A stretch of DNA of 64,000 nucleotides, taken from positions 32,001 to 96,000 of the forward strand of contig CAWFQK010000005.1 in the NCBI GenBank assembly GCA_963817955.1, in the 5' to 3' direction. The first letter of the stretch is position 1, and each line of letters opens with the position of its first letter. Both the position numbers and the translations under genes were made by a program. Origin of the DNA: an uncultured Gemmatimonadaceae bacterium. Lineage in GTDB: Bacteria > Gemmatimonadota > Gemmatimonadetes > Gemmatimonadales > Gemmatimonadaceae. Under the pieces are notes generated by a model. The model did not search any database, was not told the origin of the DNA, and saw only the letters and a program-made list of their open reading frames with translations. Positions 50,750-61,900 of the stretch are shown one piece after another.

Positions 50750-53473
<2,724 letters not shown>

Positions 53474-53501
53474 GCCGCGGCCCGAATCGTCTGCAGCAGG
53501 A

Positions 53502-53559
53502 CACCAAACCGAAACTGCGTGACGGCGATTGCTCGCCGTCACGCAGTTTCGGTTTGGTG
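53502..53559. repeat. Perfect 27-bp inverted repeat (4-nt loop)
   Basis: CACCAAACCGAAACTGCGTGACGGCGA-ttgc-TCGCCGTCACGCAGTTTCGGTTTGGTG between convergent genes. Confidence 0.92.
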
Positions 53560-53622
53560 CTACCGACTTGGTGCTACCGACTTGGTGCTACCGACTTGGT
53601 GCTACCGACTTGGTGCTACCGA
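53554..53622. repeat. 14-bp tandem repeat x5 (TTGGTGCTACCGAC)
   Basis: Directly visible; begins inside the right arm of the hairpin. Confidence 0.95.
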
Positions 53623-53646
53623 GTCACCCGAGTGCGGGTTCCGCGC

Positions 53647-54135
53647 CTACCAGGGCACCTTCTTCACGTCCACGTTGTTACCGATCACGGCGCCGAGAAT
53701 ACCGCCAGCCGCCGCACCGATGAGTCCGCCCTTGATCTTGTCGCGGCTCGAGACGGCACCAATCACTGCGCCAGCGCCGGCACCTATAGCTGCGTCACGA
53801 CCGGTGTTCTTCTCCGTGTGCGCCGCAACGGGAGCCGGATAGTACCCGCCGTTCGAAGACGAGCTGTTCGACGACCGGCTTGCCGTAGACGTCCGGCGGG
53901 ACGGTGCACGGTAGACGGGTTGCCGCGCGGTCGTCGCCCGAGGCGCATGTTGTGGCTGGGCGGCGTAGCCGGCCTCGGTGGGCGAGATGACCTGTTGTGC
54001 GTTGTACGGCTGAGCCTGCGACGCAAGAGCGAGGTCATTCTTCAGAGCGTCGTCGACCGCAGGCGAGCTATTCCGTCCGCACGCCGCCGCCAGCATTGCT
54101 GCGGGCACAAGGAGCATCAAATTCATTCGTCGCAT
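53647..54135 (-). CDS. Lipoprotein with glycine-zipper (YMGG-like) domain
   Basis: Lipobox LAAC; RDAAIGAGAGAVIGA...GGLIGAAAGGILGAVIG. Confidence 0.85.
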   Translation of the reverse strand: MRRMNLMLLVPAAMLAAACGRNSSPAVDDALKNDLALASQAQPYNAQQVISPTEAGYAAQPQHAPRATTARQPVYRAPSRRTSTASRSSNSSSSNGGYYPAPVAAHTEKNTGRDAAIGAGAGAVIGAVSSRDKIKGGLIGAAAGGILGAVIGNNVDVKKVPW

Positions 54136-54425
54136 TAGTTCTCCCGCAAAGGCCCAACCCACGCTCCATACGTATGGCAGGGACCGTTCCGCGTGCTAAG
54201 TCAGGATTGGCGCGGTTCCCGCCATTGACTGTCCCATAGAGTGACAGATGCTGTCCTCATTGGTGGATTGGAAGAGTGTGACCAGGCACACATTGCGCTC
54301 ACGGCGCACTGCCGCCATGTTGGCGCCAAGGTCATTGGGAGGGAGTTTCCATGGGTCAAACTGACAAAAAGCTGTCGTGCTCGGCGTGAGCACCCACGCC
54401 GACGCGACGCTCAACGGAGGCGCCA

Positions 54426-55754
54426 ATTAACACGGCAACACGACCGGGATCGACGAGCCGGCAGTTGCTGGTGGACATGTACGACGCCGCCTGCACCGCG
54501 TCGTCGTCCACCCAGGCGACGACGCGCGCCGTGGACGCGTTGACCATCGATCGCTCGTCTCGCGTCTTCCTGTTCTCATTCGGCAAGGCGGCAATGCCGA
54601 TGGCCTCAGCCGCGGTCACATCGTTGCTGCGCTCGCTGCACACGATCGTCGGCGGCGTGGTTGTCTCGCCCGACGGCGGCCCGACGCCCTACCCGACCCT
54701 GGTCAGCATGAAGGGCAACCACCCGATCCCCGGGCGCGACTCGTTCGCCGCGGCGGCCAAGATTGGCGAGTTCACGCCTGGACGGAGAGGAAACGATGTG
54801 GCGGTCGTGCTGCTCTCCGGCGGCGCGTCGAGTCTGATCGGCGCGCCGCTACGCGGTATGAGTGAATCGGATCTGTCATTGCTCTACGAACTGCTGCTCG
54901 GCTCCGGACTCGATATCGTGTCGATGAACGCGGTGCGAAAGCGTTTCTCGCGGTGGTCCGCTGGACGCCTCGCGCTCGCACTGGCTCCCGCTGCGACGCA
55001 CTGTCTGGCAATCTCCGACGTCCCGAACGATGACCTTGGCGTGATCGGTTCCGGGCCGTGTGTCGCAGACGCCACGACCGTGAAGGAAGTGTCGGCGATC
55101 CTCGAGCACGCCGGCCTCATGACACGCATTTCGCAAACACATCGGGACTACCTTTCCGCGGTCACGCGCGGCGTGATTCCGGAGACACCGACGCGCGCAC
55201 ATCCCGCGTTCGCGCATGTGACAGCGCGCGTCGTCGGCAACAATCGCATGGCGGTGGACGGCATCGCCGCGCACGCCGAGTCGCTCGGACTCAGCATCGT
55301 GAAAAGCACGGAACGCTTGCGCGGCGCCGCGGCACGCGCCGGTGAAACGATTGCCGGCGAGCTGGTCGCCGCGCGCGCGAATGGCGTCAGCGGGCGCTGT
55401 TTCATCTGGGGCGGCGAGACAACGGTCGCGCTCTCCAGCGGCCATCGTCCCAACGGCGGCGGACGTTGTCAGGAACTCGCGCTTGCGGCAGCGCGCGTGC
55501 TGCACGACGCTGGGGTATCGTGCGCTGACATCACGCTGCTCGCCGCGGGCACCGACGGCCGCGATGGGATCACAGACGCCGCTGGCGCGGTCGTGGACGG
55601 CACGACGTGGAGCACCATTGCCGCGTCGGGACGCGATCCATCGCAGGCGCTGGCGGTGCACGAATCGTACGCCGCGCTGCGCGCAGCCGACGCATTGATC
55701 GCGCAGCGCGACACCGGAACCAATGTCAACGACGTGGTGGTAGCGATCGTGTAG
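54426..55754 (+). CDS. Glycerate kinase type 2 (DUF4147/MOFRL)
   Basis: FGKAA, GNHPIP, LLSGGASSL, ISDV, GGETTV, GGRCQE, GTDGRDG, TGTNVND; start either ATT 54426 or TTG 54465. Confidence 0.88.
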   Translation: MNTATRPGSTSRQLLVDMYDAACTASSSTQATTRAVDALTIDRSSRVFLFSFGKAAMPMASAAVTSLLRSLHTIVGGVVVSPDGGPTPYPTLVSMKGNHPIPGRDSFAAAAKIGEFTPGRRGNDVAVVLLSGGASSLIGAPLRGMSESDLSLLYELLLGSGLDIVSMNAVRKRFSRWSAGRLALALAPAATHCLAISDVPNDDLGVIGSGPCVADATTVKEVSAILEHAGLMTRISQTHRDYLSAVTRGVIPETPTRAHPAFAHVTARVVGNNRMAVDGIAAHAESLGLSIVKSTERLRGAAARAGETIAGELVAARANGVSGRCFIWGGETTVALSSGHRPNGGGRCQELALAAARVLHDAGVSCADITLLAAGTDGRDGITDAAGAVVDGTTWSTIAASGRDPSQALAVHESYAALRAADALIAQRDTGTNVNDVVVAIV

Positions 55755-55771
55755 GCATTAGTTTTCCCCGC

Positions 55772-56707
55772 ATGACCACCGCCCCATTTACCGTCGGCAT
55801 CATTCAGGATGGCGCCAGCGACGACGCGGCGGCGACGATCGACGCCACGGTGGCGCGCGTGCGCGAGGCGGCGGCGCGAGGCGCGCAAATCGTCTGCCTC
55901 AAGGAGCTGTTCAACGCGCCGTACTTCTGCAAGTCGCAGCGGTGCGAGCGGTTCGATCTCGCCGAGTCGATTCCAGGCCCGACGACCGATCGCATGCAGA
56001 CGCTCGCGAAGGAGCTCGGCATCGTGCTCATCGTGCCGATCTTCGAGAAGCAGGCGCGAGGCGTCTATCGCAATTCGGCAGCGATCATCGACGCGGACGG
56101 GGCGATGCTCGGCGTGTATCGCAAGATGCACATTCCCGACGATCCACTGTTCAACGAGAAATACTACTTCACGCCGGGCGACGCAGCGGTGGACGATCGC
56201 ATTGACCGCATTGGCGGAGTGGCCAAGCAGGCGAGCGGCTTCCGCGTCTGGAAAACAAGGTTCGCCAATATCGGCGTGTTGATCTGTTGGGACCAGTGGT
56301 ACCCCGAGGCGGCGCGCATCACGGCGTTGCTCGGGGCCGACATCCTGTTCTACCCGACGGCAATCGGTTGGCATCCGGCCGAGAAGGCGGAGTTCGGGTT
56401 GGCACAGGTGGAGGCGTGGCGCACCATGCAGCGTGCGCATGCCATCGCCAACGGCGTCTTCGTCGCATCGCCGAACCGCGTGGGACACGAGGACGAGCCG
56501 GGTACGAACGGCATCGAGTTCTTCGGCCACTCGTTCATCGCCGACCCCTTCGGCCGTATCCTGACTGAAGCGGGCACACAGCCCGAGATCCTGATCGCGA
56601 CCTGCGACCCGCAGGTGATCGAGGATACGCGACGCAACTGGCCATTCCTACGCGACCGCCGCATCGACGCGTACGCGCCGATTCTCAGTCGGTATCTCGG
56701 CGCCTAG
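55772..56707 (+). CDS. aguB: N-carbamoylputrescine amidase-like carbon-nitrogen hydrolase
   Basis: ELFNAPYFC, YRKMHIPDDP..NEKYYFTPGD, ICWDQWYPE, YPTAIG; adjacent to agmatine deiminase. Confidence 0.85.
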   Translation: MTTAPFTVGIIQDGASDDAAATIDATVARVREAAARGAQIVCLKELFNAPYFCKSQRCERFDLAESIPGPTTDRMQTLAKELGIVLIVPIFEKQARGVYRNSAAIIDADGAMLGVYRKMHIPDDPLFNEKYYFTPGDAAVDDRIDRIGGVAKQASGFRVWKTRFANIGVLICWDQWYPEAARITALLGADILFYPTAIGWHPAEKAEFGLAQVEAWRTMQRAHAIANGVFVASPNRVGHEDEPGTNGIEFFGHSFIADPFGRILTEAGTQPEILIATCDPQVIEDTRRNWPFLRDRRIDAYAPILSRYLGA

Positions 56708-56715
56708 TCACCGAC

Positions 56716-57759
56716 ATGACCTACCGTTTCCCCGCGGAGTGGGAACCGCACGACGCTACCTGGATCGCCTGGCCGCATCACGAGCCTGACTGGCCCGGGA
56801 AGCTCGAGCCGATTCCGTGGGTGTATGCCGAGATCGTGCGCGTGCTGCAGCAGCACGAGCGCGTCGACATCCTGTGTCACAACGAGGATGTGCGCGACGC
56901 CGCACGCCGCACGCTCGACGCGCACGACGTGCGCGGGAACCATCGGCTGCACATCGTGCCGACCGATCGGGTGTGGGTGCGCGACTCTGGTCCAACGGGA
57001 GTCCTCGCCGATGATGGCTCGGTCACGCTCGTCAACTGGCGATTCAATGCGTGGGCGAAGTATGCCAACTTCGAGCGTGACGCGGAGGTCGGGTCGGCGG
57101 TGGCACGTATCACCGGGTTGCGGCGCGTCGAGCCAGATCGCCCCGACAGCGGGGGGCGCGTCGTGCTCGAAGGCGGAGCGATCGAGACGGACGGTGCCGG
57201 CATGATGCTGGCCACCGAGGAATGTCTCCTCTCGCCAATTCAGGCTCGGAATCCGGGACTCACCCGCGCCGGGTACGAGCAGGTATTTCGCGACATCCTC
57301 GGCATCCGCGAGACGATCTGGCTCGGCCAAGGCTGTGTCGGTGACGATACGCACGGGCACGTCGACGACATCGCGCGTTTCGCCGCGCCGGGCACGATCG
57401 TACTGGCGTTCGAGGAGGATCCGGCGGATGACGAGAATCACCGCCGCTCGGTGGACAACTACCGGCGTCTGCTGCTCGCCGGCGGCGAGCGCGGGACCCT
57501 GCGCATCGTGAAGCTACCATTTCCGCGGCCGGTGATCATGAATGGTGAACGGCTGCCGGCGAGCTATGCGAACTTCTACATCGCCAACGGCGTTGTTATT
57601 GTTCCCACATTCAACGATCGCAATGATCGGGTGGCGCTGAACTCGCTCGCCGCGCTCTTCCCGGACCGGCAAGTCGTCGGCATTCACGCCGTCGACCTCG
57701 TGTGGGGCCTTGGCACGTTGCATTGTTTGACGCAGCAACAACCGCGGGCAGGGTCGTAG
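56716..57759 (+). CDS. aguA: Agmatine deiminase family protein
   Basis: FPAEWEPH, WVRDSGP, LEGGAIETDG, DTHGHVD, ASYANFY, GTLHCLTQQQP. Confidence 0.92.
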   Translation: MTYRFPAEWEPHDATWIAWPHHEPDWPGKLEPIPWVYAEIVRVLQQHERVDILCHNEDVRDAARRTLDAHDVRGNHRLHIVPTDRVWVRDSGPTGVLADDGSVTLVNWRFNAWAKYANFERDAEVGSAVARITGLRRVEPDRPDSGGRVVLEGGAIETDGAGMMLATEECLLSPIQARNPGLTRAGYEQVFRDILGIRETIWLGQGCVGDDTHGHVDDIARFAAPGTIVLAFEEDPADDENHRRSVDNYRRLLLAGGERGTLRIVKLPFPRPVIMNGERLPASYANFYIANGVVIVPTFNDRNDRVALNSLAALFPDRQVVGIHAVDLVWGLGTLHCLTQQQPRAGS

Positions 57760-57786
57760 CGCGTTGTTCGTCTCCCGGTCTCCCGC

Positions 57787-58806
57787 CTATCGTCCCGCCA
57801 CCCCGTAGGCCTTCAGCTTTCGCGCCAACGTTGGACGGGAGATGCAGAGAATGCGGGCTGCGGCACTCTGATTGTAGTCCGTGAGCTGGAGCGTCAGTTC
57901 CAGGGCTTCGCGCTCGATGTCGCGCAAGCGCTTGCCGTCGGCGGGAATGCGTATTTCGCCGAAGGTCACGGCGCCCCGCACGGCGCCATTGCCGTTCCGC
58001 CGCTGGTTGATGATGAGATGTTCGGCGCTGATGAGCGGGGTGTCGCACACCACCATCGCGCGTTCGACGACGTGCTTGAGCTCTCGCACGTTGCCCGGCC
58101 AACGATGCGCGCGGAGCACGGCGATCGCGTCCAGCCCGAGCTGGCGTCGCGGCAGACCCTGCAACCGCGCCGACTCGTGCAGTAGATGGTCGGCAATGAG
58201 ACGCACGTCGTCGTCGCGCTCGCGGAGCGGCGGCAATTCGATGCGCAGCACGCTGAGACGGGCGAGCAGATCCTCGCGGAATGAGCCCGCCGCCACACGA
58301 TCTTCCAGACGCGTCTTGCTCGCGGCGATCACGCGGCAGTGCACCACATTGCCTGTCGCCCCATTGCCCAGCCGAGGAATGCTGTATTCCTCCAGTGTGC
58401 GGAACAGCCGACTCTGCAACACCAGCGGCAGCTCTCCCACCTCGTCGAGATACACCGTGCCGCGGCCCGTCAACTCGAGCACCCCGACCTTCCGCGTGCC
58501 ATCGGTGCGCGATGGCGCGGTGCCGAACAGCTCGACCTCGAGCAATGGCGCCGGAATGGCCGCGCAGTTGATCGCCACGAACTGCGCGTTGGGGTTCAGC
58601 CCGGCGTTGTGAATGCAACGCGCGACCAACTCTTTACCCGTGCCAGCTTCGCCGGTCAGCAGCAGAGCGCGCAACGGGGTCGTCGCGACGCGACACGCCA
58701 CGTGCAACGCGTGGCGCATGCCGGCACTCGCCGCGATGACCGCCGCGAATTCTCGCTCGCTTCCACGGTCGGCAGGAAGCTGCCGCTGGACAGATGGCGC
58801 GGTCAT
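57787..58806 (-). CDS. Sigma54-interaction (AAA+) Fis-HTH regulator lacking GAFTGA and a sensory domain
   Basis: GEAGTGKE, FVAINCAAIP, YLDEVGEL, WPGNVREL, NQSAAARIL.ISRPTL. Confidence 0.88.
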   Translation of the reverse strand: MTAPSVQRQLPADRGSEREFAAVIAASAGMRHALHVACRVATTPLRALLLTGEAGTGKELVARCIHNAGLNPNAQFVAINCAAIPAPLLEVELFGTAPSRTDGTRKVGVLELTGRGTVYLDEVGELPLVLQSRLFRTLEEYSIPRLGNGATGNVVHCRVIAASKTRLEDRVAAGSFREDLLARLSVLRIELPPLRERDDDVRLIADHLLHESARLQGLPRRQLGLDAIAVLRAHRWPGNVRELKHVVERAMVVCDTPLISAEHLIINQRRNGNGAVRGAVTFGEIRIPADGKRLRDIEREALELTLQLTDYNQSAAARILCISRPTLARKLKAYGVAGR

Positions 58807-58913
58807 GCGCTGGCTCCACGAAGAAGATGTGCACCCGGCATCATGCTTTCGGTCTCAGCTGACTGCACGGGTATATATTCTAGTATCGGCATATGAGTGG
58901 TCGCATCGCAGGG

Positions 58914-61900
58914 TCAGGCCGCACTTGCGCCAACGAGCGTGACATGTAATGCCGACAGACGCGCGGCCACGCCGACGAATCCCAAGGCTTCGACCTCCGG
59001 ACTGATCTGATCGATGAGTTCGAGCAGTGCATCGGTGGCACAGTGCAGCGACGGTGCGCACTCGGCCACCAGGTACGCCGCGACATAGGGGTCGTGCCGG
59101 CTGGCGATCGCGACCGCCTCGTGCAACAGGCGCATCGCGTGTGCATAGTCCCCCCGCTCGGCGGCAAGACGAATGCGCAACGCATCCACCAGATCGCGCC
59201 CCTGGAACCACCAGTCCGGACGCGGTTCGACGTTGGCGCGGATCCACCGCATGGCGTCTTCGGCCACGGAACGCGCGCCAACCGCCAGCGCGGCGAGTGC
59301 CTGTCCGGCGCGCGCGCCCAGCTCCACGTCCGGCTGTCCGATCCGCCCTGCGACAGCCAGAACCTGATCGTACAGCGCCGATGCCGTGGCCCAATCCTCC
59401 GCCTCGCGAGCCAGATGCGCCATGTTGTATAGCGTCGCGAGGCGATGCGACTCGTTGGACGATTCCGTGAACCGTGCCAACGCTTGGTCGTACCGTTCGC
59501 TCGCCAGATCCAATTGTCCGCGCCGCAGGTACAGCACGCCGAGATTCAACGCGGCCAGACCGGCGAGATCGACGGCGTGGGCGCTGTTCGCCGCTTCGAG
59601 TGCATGATCGTATGCCCCCTCGGCCGCAGTGACTTCGCCTGCACGCTGATGGATGATGCCGATGTTGATGTGGCACCGCGCTTCGCCGCAGCGGTCGCCG
59701 GCGGTGCGGAACAGCGACAGCGCGCGCTGATAGAAATCGCCCGCTTCACGCGACCGTCGGTCGATCATCGACGTCCCGAGCCGCGTCAGCGCCTCGGCGA
59801 GCAATCGCCCGTCGTCCGCTTGTTCGGCCGCCGCGACGGCATCGCGTGCCATCTGTTCCGCCTCGCGCCATTCTCCCAGCCGGCCCTGATACTGCGAGAT
59901 CATGTTGAGGAGCGCGGCTTCTTCGGAGCGGTCGAGCAGTTGCCGCGCCAGGGTCAGCAACTCGCGGCACGCCGCGATCGTCTCACCTGCCGGCTGTCCC
60001 TGGAGCGCGCGCGTGCGTTCGCGCATGCGGCGCAATCCAAGAATCGCATGATTCTCGGAACGCCCGGCGAGTCCGGCCAATGCGCGGTCGCACAGCTCCT
60101 CTGTCAAGGCATAGCGACCCTCGGTTTCCGCGACTTCGGCGAGATAATGCAACGCGCCCCCCCGCTGCTCGGGATCGCTGGCCGTTTGCTCGGCGATCTC
60201 GAAGAATTGCCGCGCCTCGGAGTGGGCGTACATCGACAGTGCGGCAGTGCCAGCCGTCATCGCATGCCCATAAGCCTTCTGCGGAAGACCGGCCTGATGG
60301 TAGTGCGTAGCGATTTCGGCTGCATTGCCGGGGGTGCGTTGCTCCAACGCCGCGGCTATGCGCTCGTGAATGCGCGCCAATCGTCGCGGATTGATCGCGC
60401 GCCGCACGGCGTCGACCAGCAGCCCGTGCGTGAAAGAGAACGCGCTGCCCGTCTTCTCCTGCCACGGCTCGACAACGGCATGGGCAATCCCCTCATCGAG
60501 TGCGTCGAGCACGTCGTCTTCGTTGCCGGCGCCGGCTGCCATCGTCAGATCGATGTCGAACACGCGTCCGATGACTGCGGCCGTATTGAGAATGCGGCGC
60601 GTCCCGTCCGATAGGCGCTCGAGGCGCCTGTCCATGAGACCGGTGACCGCCGCCGGCAGATCTCCCTCGCGCTCCGGACGCAATGCCCAACGACCGTGCT
60701 CGTACCGCACAGCACCGTCGTCGGTCAGCATGCGGACGAGCTGCGTAGCAAGGAGCGGGTTGCCCTCGGAGTAGCGCTGCAGGTAAGCGAGCACTTCCGG
60801 GCTGGCATCTCCACCGAACACGTTGAGCAGCCACACACGAAGCTCAGCTTCCGTGAGTCGCGGCAGCGCAATCTCATGGAAACGCTCATCGCGCAGCAAA
60901 CGATTCCGCCGCTCCGATGCCTCGCCGTGTGTCTCCTCGGCACGCATCGTGAGACAGATCAGGATGCGTTCCGTCTCGAGCTGCGCCACGACGTGCTCGA
61001 GCACGTCCCACGTGGCCGAATCCGACCATTGCATGTCGTCGAGCAGCACGATGATGGGGCGCGCCGACGCCGCCAGGCGCAGGAACGCGACAATCTCATC
61101 GAACAGGATGTATTTGTTCCCGGTTGGCTCGTGTACAGACGTCTCGAGCGCCGGCACGAGGCGCGACAGCTCGCGCCATTCCTGGTCCGCGACAACCCCG
61201 AGTTGGTGAATCGCGGTAATCGCTTCGGCCCATGGCGCGTACGGCGCTTTGGCATCGGCTTCGCTACAGCGTCCCGATACCAGCGATCCGGTGCGCAACC
61301 GTACCTCGTTGGTCAGCCGGCGCACGAGTGTCGACTTGCCGACGCCGGCTTCGCCGATGACGCACACCAGCTGAGGTCCGCCTTCCAGCGTCGAGTCGAG
61401 CCACCGGATCAACCGATCGAGTTCCTCTTCGCGTCCGACGAACTGCTGCAGGTTGATCGCCGGCTCGCGCGACTCCTCCTCACTTTCCGACGCCGAGACG
61501 ACGGTATCTCGCCCGCGGCGCTTCGCTTCGTAGAGCGCTCGATCCGCGGCCTCGAACAGCGCGTCGAAGTCATTGTGCTCAGCCCGCGCCGCCGCCACGC
61601 CGATCGACATCGTGACGGAGATCGAGCCCGAGCGTTCACGCAGCGGCACCGAGGCGCGGCGCACCGTGCCGCGGATACGCTCGGCGAGTTCCGCCGCCTC
61701 GGTGATCTGCATGTGTGGGAGGAGAATGATGAACTCGTCCCCCGCATACCGGCCAATGATGCCTGCCGCCGACGCGATCTCGCGGAGCGTGCCGGCAACG
61801 ACACGGAGCACCGCGTCGCCCTGCAAATGGCCGTGCGTGTCATTGACGTGCTTGAATTCGTCGACGTCAATCACGATCAGCGACACGGTCGCGAATGGAC

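Noticed and set aside
53554..53622. CRISPR array
   Set aside because: 14-bp contiguous units, no spacers
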